The notes: generated by a model from the sequence alone, not told the origin. Shown: positions 9,486 through 19,147, counted from the first letter of the stretch. The stretch: DNA of 64,000 bases from an uncultured Collinsella sp. (GCA_902493515.1 CABUPE010000002.1:36073-100072), one strand, 5' to 3'. Program-made: numbers and translations.

Positions 9486-12236
9486 GTGAGCGATTGCAAG
9501 AGGGTTTACCGTTTTGGTACCGACGCCCAGGGCACCTGTGTCACTGAGGGCGACAAGTCCATGAACTTTGTGCTTGGCGGCAAGGGCGCGAACCTTGCCG
9601 AGATGAGCCGTATCGGCCTGCCGGTTCCTGGCGGCTTTACCATTACCTGCCAGACCTGCGTCGAGTACTCCGGTGCCGGCAACGTCTGGCCCGAAGGCGC
9701 ACTCGATGAGATCGTTGCCGCCGAGGCTGACCTCGAGGCCCGCTGCGGCAAGAAGCTCGGTGACGCCAACGACCCGCTGCTTGTATCGGTGCGCTCGGGC
9801 GCTCCGTTCTCCATGCCCGGTATGATGGACACGGTCCTCAACTTGGGCCTCAATGACGATTCCGTCCAGGGCCTCATCGCGCAGACGCAGAACCCGCGTT
9901 TTGCCTGGGATAGCTACCGACGCTTTATCCAGATGTTCTCCAACGTCGTTATGGGTGTCGATGCCGACCTGTTCGAGAACGCTCTGACTCAGGCACGCCT
10001 GGTCGCCGGCGTTCGCGTCGATTCCGAGCTTTCGGCCGAGGACCTGCAGGAGCTCGTCGAGACCTTTAAGGGCATCTTCTCCGAGAACGTCGAGGCCGCC
10101 CTGTATCCCGAGCTCGAGGTCGCCGACGGCAAGCCCGTCTTTCCGCACGATCCGGAGCTCCAGCTGCGTCTTGCCATCCAGGCCGTCTTTGGCAGCTGGA
10201 TGAACGAGCGCGCCTGCATCTACCGCAAACAGCATGGCATTTCTGACGAGCTCGGCACCGCCGTCAACGTGCAGGCCATGGCCTTTGGCAACAAGGGCGA
10301 GACCTCTGCGACGGGTGTTGCCTTTACGCGCAACCCGGCCGACGGCACCAAGGAGTTCTACGGTGACTTTTTGGTTAACGCCCAGGGCGAGGACGTTGTC
10401 GCCGGCATCCGCAACACCGAGCCCATCGCCGACCTCAAGGCCACGCCGGGCCTCGAGTCCGCAGGTGAGGAGCTCGAGCGCGTGTTCCTGACGCTCGAGG
10501 ATCATTACCGCGATATGTGCGATATCGAGTTCACCATCGAGCAGGGCAAGCTCTGGATGCTCCAGACCCGCGTGGGCAAGCGTACCGCCACCGCCGCCCT
10601 GCGCATCGCCATCGAAATGGTCGAGGAAGGCCTGATCACCCGCGAAGAGGCCGTGAGCCGCATCGATCCCACGCAACTCGACCAGCTCCTTCACCCGCAG
10701 TTTGACGCCTCCAAGAAGTACGAGGTTCTCGCCAGCGGTCTTAATGCCAGCCCCGGTGCCGCCGTGGGCGAGGTTGTGTTCTCGAGTGACGACGCCGTCG
10801 CGCGCGCCAACGAGGGCCACAAGGTCATTCTGGTTCGTTGGGAGACCAACCCCGACGACCTGAAGGGCATGGTCGCCGCCGAGGGCATCCTGACCAGCCA
10901 CGGTGGCAAGACGAGCCATGCCGCCGTTATCGCCCGCGGCATGGGTACGCCCTGCGTCTGCGGCGTTGAGCGCTTCCACATCGACGCCGCCGAGAAGGTC
11001 GTGCGCATCGAGGGCAGCGACCGCGTACTGCACGAGGGCGATGTCATCTCCATCGACGGCACCCAGGGTATCGTCGTCGACGGCGCCGTCGACCTGGTCT
11101 CCGCCGAGCTCACCGGCGATCTGGACACCATCCTGTCCTGGGCCGACGAGATTCGCCTGGACGAGACCGAGGGTCACGCCAACCACGTGCGCGTCAACGC
11201 CGACAACCCCGAGGATGCCGCGCTCGCACTCGAGTTTGGTGCCGAGGCCATCGGCCTATGCCGCACCGAGCACATGTTCCTGGGTGACCGTAAGAACATC
11301 ATCCAGAGCTTTATCCTGTCTGACGATGAGGCCGTGAAGCAGCAGGCCCTGGCCGACCTGCTCAAGGTCCAGACCGAGGACTTCCTGGCGATGTTCAAGA
11401 CCATGTCCGGTCGCGATGTGGTCGTCCGCCTGCTCGATCCGCCGCTTCATGAGTTCCTGGATAATCCTCGCGAGCTCGAGGTCGCCATCACCAAGAAGGA
11501 AGCCGCTGGCGCCAGCGAGGAAGAGCTTGCCGCCCTGCGCGCCCGCCTGCGTCGTATCGACGGCATGGTCGAGTCGAACCCCATGCTCGGCCTACGCGGC
11601 GTGCGCCTGTCCGTCGTCTTTGGCGATCTGCCGCTCATGCAGGTCCGTGCCGTCGCCACGGCTGCCGCCCGCCTTATCAAGGAGGGCGTCGACCCGCGCC
11701 CCGAGATTATGGTCCCGCTCGTTTCCATTACGGCCGAGCATGTTCAGACCCGCGAGGTTATCGAGCGCGTGATCGCCGAGGTTTCCGTCGAAGAAGGCGT
11801 CGAGCTCAATATTCCCGTGGGCACGATGCTCGAGCTGCCGCGCGCCTGCATGGTCGCTGACGAGATCGCCCATCACGCAGACTTCTTCTGCTTTGGCACC
11901 AACGACCTCACCCAGACGACCTTCGGTTTCTCGCGTGACGACGCCGAGGCTAAGTTCATCCCGCTGTACATGCATAAGAAGATCTTGAAGGACAATCCCT
12001 TCGAGACCATCGATACGGCGGTGCTCGAGCTGGTGCGCATGGCCGTTGAGAAGGGCCGAGCCACCAACCCCGACATGCACTTTGGCGTGTGCGGCGAGCA
12101 CGGCGGCGACCCCAAGTCCATCAAGGGCCTGTTTAACGTGGCCGACGTGGACTACGTGTCCTGCTCGCCCTACCGCGTGCCCCTCGCACGCCTGGCTGCC
12201 GCCCAGGCCAAGCTCGAGGCCAAGCGTTCCGCCTAA
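9486..12236 (+). CDS. ppdK: Pyruvate, phosphate dikinase
   Basis: LGGKGANLAEM, SVRSGA, SMPGMMDT, GGKTSHAAVIARG, GLCRTEHMF, GTNDLTQ, CGEHGG. Confidence 0.97.
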   Translation: MSDCKRVYRFGTDAQGTCVTEGDKSMNFVLGGKGANLAEMSRIGLPVPGGFTITCQTCVEYSGAGNVWPEGALDEIVAAEADLEARCGKKLGDANDPLLVSVRSGAPFSMPGMMDTVLNLGLNDDSVQGLIAQTQNPRFAWDSYRRFIQMFSNVVMGVDADLFENALTQARLVAGVRVDSELSAEDLQELVETFKGIFSENVEAALYPELEVADGKPVFPHDPELQLRLAIQAVFGSWMNERACIYRKQHGISDELGTAVNVQAMAFGNKGETSATGVAFTRNPADGTKEFYGDFLVNAQGEDVVAGIRNTEPIADLKATPGLESAGEELERVFLTLEDHYRDMCDIEFTIEQGKLWMLQTRVGKRTATAALRIAIEMVEEGLITREEAVSRIDPTQLDQLLHPQFDASKKYEVLASGLNASPGAAVGEVVFSSDDAVARANEGHKVILVRWETNPDDLKGMVAAEGILTSHGGKTSHAAVIARGMGTPCVCGVERFHIDAAEKVVRIEGSDRVLHEGDVISIDGTQGIVVDGAVDLVSAELTGDLDTILSWADEIRLDETEGHANHVRVNADNPEDAALALEFGAEAIGLCRTEHMFLGDRKNIIQSFILSDDEAVKQQALADLLKVQTEDFLAMFKTMSGRDVVVRLLDPPLHEFLDNPRELEVAITKKEAAGASEEELAALRARLRRIDGMVESNPMLGLRGVRLSVVFGDLPLMQVRAVATAAARLIKEGVDPRPEIMVPLVSITAEHVQTREVIERVIAEVSVEEGVELNIPVGTMLELPRACMVADEIAHHADFFCFGTNDLTQTTFGFSRDDAEAKFIPLYMHKKILKDNPFETIDTAVLELVRMAVEKGRATNPDMHFGVCGEHGGDPKSIKGLFNVADVDYVSCSPYRVPLARLAAAQAKLEAKRSA

Positions 12237-12274
12237 CGTTTTGGGTTTAGACGCCTAGCGTAGCCCCCCTTCAT

Positions 12275-12304
12275 GCCGCCCGTCTCATTCGTGAGGCGGG
12301 CGGT
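12275..12304 (+). terminator. Stem-loop downstream of ppdK
   Basis: GCCGCCCGTCTCA-TTCG-TGAGGCGGGCGGT; weak U tail. Confidence 0.6.
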
Positions 12305-12349
12305 TATCATGTGCGGGTTTTGTCTTTTTGTCTGCGTAAAAAATTGTTC

Positions 12350-12377
12350 TTGCAGCAGAAACCCGCGCGTGTATACT
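12350..12377 (+). promoter_or_regulatory. Sigma70-type promoter of rplS
   Basis: TTGCAG-16 nt-TATACT. Confidence 0.55.
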
Positions 12378-12446
12378 CGAATACGTTTGTTCAACTACGT
12401 GCCGGCCAAGGTGGTACGGCACCTCTAGAAGAGTAAGGAATTGCAC

Positions 12447-12788
12447 ATGGATTACATCCGCGCAATCGAGCGTCAGCAGATCCGCGAGGACATTCCTCAG
12501 GTTCGCGTCGCCGACAACGTCAAGGTTCACTACCGCATTAAGGAAGGCGACCGCGAGCGCATCCAGGTCTTCCAGGGCGACGTCATCCGCATGGCCGGCG
12601 CCGGTGCCCGCGAGACCTTCACCGTCCGCAAGATGTCCTTCGGTGTCGGTGTTGAGCGTACCTTCCCGCTTCACAGCCCCAAGATCGCCAAGCTCGAGGT
12701 CGTTCGTCATGGTCGCGTCCGTCGCGCCAAGCTGTACTACCTCCGCGACAAGGTGGGCAAGGCTGCTCGCATCCCCGAGAAGCGCTAA
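12447..12788 (+). CDS. rplS: 50S ribosomal protein L19
   Basis: [36 protein letters not shown]. Confidence 0.98.
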   Translation: MDYIRAIERQQIREDIPQVRVADNVKVHYRIKEGDRERIQVFQGDVIRMAGAGARETFTVRKMSFGVGVERTFPLHSPKIAKLEVVRHGRVRRAKLYYLRDKVGKAARIPEKR

Positions 12789-12822
12789 GAAGATCGCAGC
12801 GTCTGTCCACTCGTTTGGACAC

Positions 12823-12852
12823 AAGGGTCACCTTCGGGTGGCCCTTCTTTTT
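12823..12852 (+). terminator. rplS terminator
   Basis: AAGGGTCACC-TTCG-GGTGGCCCTT followed by CTTTTT. Confidence 0.85.
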
Positions 12853-12881
12853 ATCTGATTTGCATGCAAGGAGGGCCTGGT

Positions 12882-13670
12882 ATGGCCAACATGACGAGCT
12901 CGGTTTCGGCATCGCAGGTTGCCGGTGAGTTGGCGAGCGCCACGTTTGAGGAGATTCCCGCCCTCGTGGAGCATTATCGCGAGGACCCGCGCCAGCAGGT
13001 GATCAAGGCTTGCGAACGCGCCCTCAAACGCCATGCCAAAGAGCTTGCCGAGCGCGAGCGCGTCAATGACATGTACGAGCTTATGCATGAGCTTGGCGGC
13101 GATGGAGTGGTCGTTGGTGTCGACGAGGTGGGTCGCGGATCGGTGGCCGGTCCTTTGACGGTATGCGCTGTCTGCCTTCCTATGGAGCCGCGCGTCTGGG
13201 GCATCAACGATTCCAAAAAGCTCACGCCGGCGCGCCGCGAGTTGCTCTCAGTGAAGATTGCCGAGGTGGCGACGGCGATCGGTTTTTGCCATATCGCGCC
13301 TAAGGATATCGATGAGATGGGCATGGCCCGTGCTATCCGTACCGCCGTTGCGGGCGCCGTGGCCGATACGGGGCTCGAGCCCGATTGCGTGCTTATGGAT
13401 GGCAACCCCTTGGGCGCCGTTCCTAACGAGCGCGATGTGGTGAAGGGCGATGCCAAGATCGCCTGCATCGCCGCGGCGTCCATCATGGCTAAGGTCACGC
13501 GTGACGAGATGATGGTCGAGTACGACGCCGAGTATCCCGAGTACCATCTGGCCGAGTCGAAGGGCTATGCGAGCCCCGAGCACATCGAGGCCATTCGAAA
13601 ACATGGACTTTGTCCACTGCATCGTGTGAGCTTTTGCGGAAACTTTCTGCAGACTGAGCGCCTTTTCTAG
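12882..13670 (+). CDS. rnhB: Ribonuclease HII
   Basis: GVDEVGRG, DSKKL, KGDA, IAAASIMAKVTRD, KGY. Confidence 0.95.
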   Translation: MANMTSSVSASQVAGELASATFEEIPALVEHYREDPRQQVIKACERALKRHAKELAERERVNDMYELMHELGGDGVVVGVDEVGRGSVAGPLTVCAVCLPMEPRVWGINDSKKLTPARRELLSVKIAEVATAIGFCHIAPKDIDEMGMARAIRTAVAGAVADTGLEPDCVLMDGNPLGAVPNERDVVKGDAKIACIAAASIMAKVTRDEMMVEYDAEYPEYHLAESKGYASPEHIEAIRKHGLCPLHRVSFCGNFLQTERLF

Positions 13671-13719
13671 GTCAATTGTGGAGACAGGGACCTCTGGGGT
13701 TTTATAAACCTGCTGGTAG

Positions 13720-13761
13720 CGGGCCGTATGCAACACCATTGTTGCGTACGGCCCGTTTTTT
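13720..13761 (+). terminator. rnhB terminator
   Basis: CGGGCCGTATGCAACA-CCAT-TGTTGCGTACGGCCCG followed by TTTTTT. Confidence 0.85.
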
Positions 13762-13859
13762 GACGGCATTTGGTCAGCTTTTGGTTAGCTTCCGGTACTT
13801 ACCCGCATGAAAGGTGCCCTCATCATCGGGGCACTGCAGTGTGCGGGAAAGGAGACCCC

Positions 13860-14345
13860 ATGAGTGCCGCAAGCAAAAAGAGCAAGACACAGCAGCTCAA
13901 GGAGCGTTGGGAAAACGGCGAGCTCGACTGCGGGGCGATGACGCCCGAGTTTATCAAGGGACTCAGTCCCCGCGAGCTGGGTATGCTGGGCGAGCTGATC
14001 ACCATCGACTACTTTAACGAGCGCGGCTACACCTTGCTGGAGCAGGGTTATCGTTGCACCGAGGGCGAGGCTGATCTGGTGCTGCTCGATGAGCTCGACG
14101 ATGTCGTGGTGATGGCCGAGGTCAAGACCAGACGCGTTTCGCTGGATTGCACCACGCGGGTCTTTCCCGAGGAGGCCGTGGACGCCCAAAAGCAACGCCG
14201 CTACCGCCGCATCGCAAGTTGCTATCTCATGGAGCATTATCCGCTCAAGGCGATTCGCTTCGATGCTGTGGGTGTCACCATCCGCGGCGGGCATATCGCC
14301 GAGATCGAGCATCAGTACAACGCGTTCGATTGGCAGGTGTCGTGA
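13860..14345 (+). CDS. yraN: YraN family nuclease (UPF0102)
   Basis: GMLGE, GEADLV, EVKTR, EAVD..KQRR, RFDAV. Confidence 0.88.
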   Translation: MSAASKKSKTQQLKERWENGELDCGAMTPEFIKGLSPRELGMLGELITIDYFNERGYTLLEQGYRCTEGEADLVLLDELDDVVVMAEVKTRRVSLDCTTRVFPEEAVDAQKQRRYRRIASCYLMEHYPLKAIRFDAVGVTIRGGHIAEIEHQYNAFDWQVS

Positions 14346-15868
14346 TGGCGTTCGAGACGTTTGCCGTTCACGCGGCCTGCATCCGCGGCGTCGAGGCGAT
14401 TCACGTCACGGTCGAGGTCTCGCTTGCCGGTGGCGTTCCGGGCATCCAGATGCTCGGCATTCCGAGTATGGAGGTGATGGAGTCACGCGGTCGTATTCGC
14501 TGCGCGATGCGCTCCGCCGGGTTCGAGATCCCGCGCTCGGGCATTACCGTTAACCTGGCACCCGGCGATATCCGCAAGACCGGTAGCGGCTTTGACCTGC
14601 CCATCGCCATCGCGGTTCTAGCGGCCGATGAGCAGATTCCCCGTGACAACCTCGATCGCTGCCTTATCGCAGGTGAGCTTGGTCTGGACGGTACAGTGCT
14701 TCCCGTCAAGGGCGAGGTGGCGTTTCAGCTATTGGCTCGCGACATGGGGCTGTCTTTTATCGCCGGCAGGTCCGACCAGCATGTGCCACTCGCGGGCGTA
14801 GATTGCGGCTTTATCGACCATCTGTCTCAGCTTGCTCATGGCATGGGCGATGCCGCACGGCACTACTTGGATTCCGAGGGTGTCGAGGCGACCTTTGAGC
14901 CCGAGCTCGACTATGCAGACGTGCTGGGGCAGGAAGTCGCTAAACGCGGCATGGCGCTTGCGGCGGCAGGAGAACTCGGCTTGCTCATGATCGGGTCTCC
15001 GGGATCGGGCAAGACGATGCTCGCACGCCGTATGACCGGCATCCTGCCCGAGCTTTCCGTTGAGGATCAGCAGGAGGCACTGTGCATCCATTCGGTTTTG
15101 GGTGAGAACATTGATGGCTTGTTGGCGGGGCACCGCCCCTTCCGCAGTCCCCACCACAGTATTTCGACCGCAGGCCTTATCGGCGGCGGGCGCCCGGTGC
15201 ACCCGGGTGAGATCAGCCTTGCTCATGGCGGCGTGCTCTTTTTGGACGAGCTTGCCGAGTTTCCCACTGGCGTGCTGCAGACGCTGCGTCAGCCCATCGA
15301 GCGCGGCTACGTGAGGATCGTACGCGTCGACGGGGCTTTTACCTTCCCGTCGCGCTTTCAGCTGCTGGCTGCGAGCAATCCCTGCCCCTGCGGCTTTTTG
15401 GGCGATCGCGAGGTGCCGTGTCGCTGCTCGGCGGCGATGGTCGAGCGCTATCGGTCTAAACTGCGCGGTCCTTTGGCCGACCGTATCGACATGATGATCG
15501 ATGTGACCCGTCCCGACCCTCAAGTGATTATCGAGGGTGCGGAGGGCATGTCGTCGGCCGAGTTACGTGACTACGTTGTGCGCGGTCGCGCCTTTCGCGC
15601 TTGGCGCGAATCCCGCATGGACGATGCGGATGCCGAGGCCGAGGATGACGAGACTCGGTCCATTGACGGCGTCGTTTCGACCTTTGAGCTCGATGATGCG
15701 GCGGAGAAGTGTGTGCTCGGCCTGTCGAAGCGCACGCATCTCACAGGGCGTGGCATCGTGCGCCTTGTTCGCATTGCGCGCACGATCGCAGATGTCGCCG
15801 AGAGCGAGCAGGTGACGCAGGACCACGTGCTCGAGGCGGCGATGTACCAGGGAAGGAGGGACCAATGA
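14345..15868 (+). CDS. comM: ComM/YifB Mg-chelatase-like AAA+ helicase
   Basis: NLAPGDIRKTGSGFDLPIA, GSPGSGKT, RPFRSPHH, GVLFLDE, NPCPCG. Confidence 0.92.
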   Translation: MAFETFAVHAACIRGVEAIHVTVEVSLAGGVPGIQMLGIPSMEVMESRGRIRCAMRSAGFEIPRSGITVNLAPGDIRKTGSGFDLPIAIAVLAADEQIPRDNLDRCLIAGELGLDGTVLPVKGEVAFQLLARDMGLSFIAGRSDQHVPLAGVDCGFIDHLSQLAHGMGDAARHYLDSEGVEATFEPELDYADVLGQEVAKRGMALAAAGELGLLMIGSPGSGKTMLARRMTGILPELSVEDQQEALCIHSVLGENIDGLLAGHRPFRSPHHSISTAGLIGGGRPVHPGEISLAHGGVLFLDELAEFPTGVLQTLRQPIERGYVRIVRVDGAFTFPSRFQLLAASNPCPCGFLGDREVPCRCSAAMVERYRSKLRGPLADRIDMMIDVTRPDPQVIIEGAEGMSSAELRDYVVRGRAFRAWRESRMDDADAEAEDDETRSIDGVVSTFELDDAAEKCVLGLSKRTHLTGRGIVRLVRIARTIADVAESEQVTQDHVLEAAMYQGRRDQ

Positions 15869-16800
15869 TGGCTGAGGGGACCTTCGAGCTGCATCCAGGT
15901 GACGCGTTGTATCCCGAGACCGTTTTGGAGCTTTCTGATGTACCTCAGACGCTCTATGTGCGCGGCAACCCCGAGGCGCTTTCGACGCCCGCGCTCTCCA
16001 TCATCGGTGCGCGAAAGGCCTCGCCGTATGGTCTTGCCGTGGCAGAGCTTGCGGCGAAGGTGGCGGTTGAGGCGGGAGTGACGGTAGTTTCGGGCGGTGC
16101 AGTCGGTTGTGACCAGGCCTCGGGTTGGGCTGCGGTCAACGCCGGCGGCAAACACGTCGTGGTGCTGGGGACGGGCGCCGACGTGGTCTACCCGCGTTCG
16201 AGCGCGGGGCTTATTACGCGCACGCTCGATACGGGCGGCGCGGTCGTGTCGATCTCTCCGTGGGGCATGGGTCCGCGCAAGTTTGCCTTTCCGCGTCGCA
16301 ATCGCGTGATCGCGGCCCTGTCGCAAGCCCTCTTTGTATCCGAGGCGGGTATGCCTTCCGGGACGTTTTCTACAGCCGAGGCTGCTATGGATTTGGGGCG
16401 CGAACTTCTTGCCGTGCCGGGGTCGATCCTATCGCCCGAGTCGCGTGGCACGAATTACCTCATTGCGAACGGTGCCTGCTGCATTGTCGACGAGGAGTCC
16501 ATCGAGATGGCTATCTCTCGCATATACGGCACCCTGCGCTACTCGCGCCCCGATGCTCCCGGCATTGCCGACCTGAATCCAACACAGCAGACCGTGATGC
16601 ATGCGCTCATCGCCTCTCCGCTCAAGGTCGACGACATCGCGGCGCTCGTCTCACTCGATGCTGTCGGCGTACTCAAACTCTTGGGTTCGCTTGAACTCGA
16701 GGGCCTTATCGAGCGCATGATGGATGGAAGGTATGCGCCCTCCAAGTTTGCCCTTCACGCCCAGACGCCCTTCGGTCACAATGGAAAACGTGTCAATTAG
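15865..16800 (+). CDS. dprA: DNA-processing protein DprA
   Basis: IIGARKASPYG, VSGGAVGCD, FPRRNRVIAALS, AVPGSI, C-terminal wHTH. Confidence 0.93.
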   Translation: MMAEGTFELHPGDALYPETVLELSDVPQTLYVRGNPEALSTPALSIIGARKASPYGLAVAELAAKVAVEAGVTVVSGGAVGCDQASGWAAVNAGGKHVVVLGTGADVVYPRSSAGLITRTLDTGGAVVSISPWGMGPRKFAFPRRNRVIAALSQALFVSEAGMPSGTFSTAEAAMDLGRELLAVPGSILSPESRGTNYLIANGACCIVDEESIEMAISRIYGTLRYSRPDAPGIADLNPTQQTVMHALIASPLKVDDIAALVSLDAVGVLKLLGSLELEGLIERMMDGRYAPSKFALHAQTPFGHNGKRVN

Positions 16801-16814
16801 AAAGGTGTTTGCAG

Positions 16815-18152
16815 ATGCAGTTCGATCAGGTGACGGTTATCGGTGGCGGTCTGGCGGGTTCGGAATGCGCGATCCAGCTGGCAGACCGCGGGTTTGCCGT
16901 AAAGCTGTGCGAGATGCGCCCCCAGGTGAGCTCCCCGGCTCACCATACCGATCACCTGGCAGAGCTCGTCTGCTCCAATTCGTTTAAGTCGACCCGTCCG
17001 GATTCCGCGGCTGGTTTGCTGAAGGCCGAGCTTGAGCGCATGGGTTCAGTCCTGCTCGACTGCGCCCATCGCGCTGCTGTTCCCGCTGGTGGCGCCCTGG
17101 CGGTCGACCGTGTTACATTCTCCGAGCTCGTCGAGGCTGAGGTTGCCGCCCGCCCCAATATCGAGGTCGTTCACGGCGAGGTCACCCAGATCCCCGAGGG
17201 CCACGTGGTCATTGCCGCGGGCCCGCTGTGTTCACCGGCGCTGAGCGAAGAGGTCATGAAGCTCGTCGGTGGCGACGCCCTTGCGTTCTTCGATGCCGCG
17301 GCGCCGATCGTCGATGCCTCCACGCTCGATATGGACGTGCTGTTTTCGCAGTCGCGCTACGAGGAGCAGGGGAGCGGCGACTATCTCAACGCTCCGCTCA
17401 ACAAGGAGGAGTACGAGGCCTTTATCGAGGCGCTCACCACGGCCGACCGCGTGGTGCTCAAGGACTTTGAGGGCGGCGATCTGTTCCAGGCCTGCCAGCC
17501 TGCCGAGGAGGTTGCGCGCACCGGCAAGGACGCCATTCGCTTTGGCGCCATGAAGCCCGTCGGCCTCACCGACCCGCGTACCGGACGTCGCCCTTGGGCG
17601 GCGATTCAGCTGCGTGCCGAGAACAAGGAGAAGACCGCCTATAACCTGGTGGGCTTCCAGACCAACCTGACCTTTGGCGAGCAGAAGCGCGTCTTCCATA
17701 TGGTGCCGGGCCTGGAGAACGCTGAGTTCTTCCGCTACGGTGTCATGCACCGCAATACCTTTGTCGACGCCCCGCACGTGCTCGATGGCACCTTTGCCGT
17801 GCCCGGTACCGGCGTGCGCCTGGCCGGTCAGATCACCGGCACCGAGGGGTACATGGAAGCCGTGGCGACCGGTCTGCTCGCGGCGCTCAACACCTATGCA
17901 GAGGCTATCGGCGCCGATTCCGTCGAGTTGCCCCGCGTGGGCGCCCTGGGTGCGCTCGTGGGCTATGCGACCGATCCTGCCACCGTGGGCTATCAGCCCA
18001 TGCATGTCAACTTTGGCCTGGTGCCGCCGCTCGAGGACGGTAAGCGCCGCAGCAAGCGCGACCGCTATCAGGCCTATGCGGACCGTGCGCTCGAGGCCCT
18101 CGATGCCTACTTGGCCACGCGTTCCGACTTGTTTGGAGGCGACCGGTCATAG
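16815..18152 (+). CDS. trmFO: Folate/FAD-dependent tRNA U54 methyltransferase
   Basis: IGGGLAGSE, AELVCSNS, FFDAAAPIV, VGFQTNL, RYGVMHRNT, AGQITGTEGY. Confidence 0.95.
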   Translation: MQFDQVTVIGGGLAGSECAIQLADRGFAVKLCEMRPQVSSPAHHTDHLAELVCSNSFKSTRPDSAAGLLKAELERMGSVLLDCAHRAAVPAGGALAVDRVTFSELVEAEVAARPNIEVVHGEVTQIPEGHVVIAAGPLCSPALSEEVMKLVGGDALAFFDAAAPIVDASTLDMDVLFSQSRYEEQGSGDYLNAPLNKEEYEAFIEALTTADRVVLKDFEGGDLFQACQPAEEVARTGKDAIRFGAMKPVGLTDPRTGRRPWAAIQLRAENKEKTAYNLVGFQTNLTFGEQKRVFHMVPGLENAEFFRYGVMHRNTFVDAPHVLDGTFAVPGTGVRLAGQITGTEGYMEAVATGLLAALNTYAEAIGADSVELPRVGALGALVGYATDPATVGYQPMHVNFGLVPPLEDGKRRSKRDRYQAYADRALEALDAYLATRSDLFGGDRS

Positions 18153-19069
18153 CCTTTGGCCTGTACGACACCGTCGACTCTTTTATCGCCTATATCGCAC
18201 GCGTTGAGGGGCTTTCTCCCAACACGGTGACGGCCTATGGCTCGAGACTGGAGCGCTTTGCTGCCTGGTGCGAGCGCGAGGATATTGATGCTTTCGCTGC
18301 CGACGTGCGCACCATTCGTCGCTATCTTGCTGAGCTTTCGCGTGAGCAGGTGGCTCCCCGAACGCTTGCGGCGCACCTGTCGGCTATCCGATCTCTCTAT
18401 CGCTGGATGGCTGCCGAGGGGATTGTCGAGGGCGATGCGGTCTCGGCGATCGCGTCGCCCAAGCTGCCGCGTGACCTGCCGGGCGTCCTTACGACCCAGC
18501 AGGTCGAGGCGCTGCTCAAGACGCCTGATACCTCAACACCCGCGGGACTGCGCGATGCGGCGATGCTCGAGTTGCTCTATGCCTCGGGTGCCCGCATCTC
18601 AGAGCTTGCGGCGCTCAATGTGGAATCCATCTCATGGTCCGAACGCACGTTGCGCCTGTGGGGCAAGGGGAGCAAAGAACGTATCGTCCCTCTGTATCGT
18701 CGTGCGCTCGAGGCGACGCGTCTCTATATTGAGGAGGGGAGGCCGGAGTTGCTCGCTCAGACAAAGCGCCGTGACCTCGCTACCGGGCCGCATCCGCTGC
18801 TTATATCGGCGCGCGGCAATCGCATGAGTGCCGCCATGCTCAGGCGGCGGTTCCATACGCTGGCGACGCTCGCCGGCATTCCGGCCGACATCGCCCCGCA
18901 TGCGATGCGCCATACCTTTGCGACCGACTTGCTCGAGGGCGGTGCGGACCTGCGCTCGGTTCAAGAGCTGCTGGGTCATGCGAGCCTGTCCACGACGCAG
19001 ATTTACACGCACCTCACGCCCGATCGGCTCAAACGTGCCGTGGCTCAAGCCCATCCCCGCGGCGAATAG
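18149..19069 (+). CDS. xerC: Tyrosine recombinase XerC/XerD family; start uncertain (ATA 18149 or CTG 18161)
   Basis: RDAAMLELLYASGARISE, GKGSKER, PHAMRHTFAT, QELLGHASLSTTQIYTH; conserved N-terminus extends upstream of the GTG at 18227. Confidence 0.85.
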   Translation: MAFGLYDTVDSFIAYIARVEGLSPNTVTAYGSRLERFAAWCEREDIDAFAADVRTIRRYLAELSREQVAPRTLAAHLSAIRSLYRWMAAEGIVEGDAVSAIASPKLPRDLPGVLTTQQVEALLKTPDTSTPAGLRDAAMLELLYASGARISELAALNVESISWSERTLRLWGKGSKERIVPLYRRALEATRLYIEEGRPELLAQTKRRDLATGPHPLLISARGNRMSAAMLRRRFHTLATLAGIPADIAPHAMRHTFATDLLEGGADLRSVQELLGHASLSTTQIYTHLTPDRLKRAVAQAHPRGE

Positions 19070-19118
19070 TGGCTGGGACGTCCCGCGCCGCACTCAGGTG
19101 TGTGGTTTTGATTGCGGG

Positions 19119-19147
19119 TTGGCAGGAAGATGCATTCCTGCTATCAT
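19119..19147 (+). promoter_or_regulatory. rpsB-tsf promoter
   Basis: TTGGCA-17 nt-TATCAT with extended TG. Confidence 0.65.

Noticed and set aside
13678..13692. GGAGACAGGG as a solo copy of the RAYT repeat unit
   Set aside because: Short, mismatched and lacking the associated hairpin
18149..19069. Tyrosine recombinase as a prophage or island integrase
   Set aside because: Xer-sized, in the conserved dprA-trmFO-xerC context, with no att repeats, tRNA or cargo
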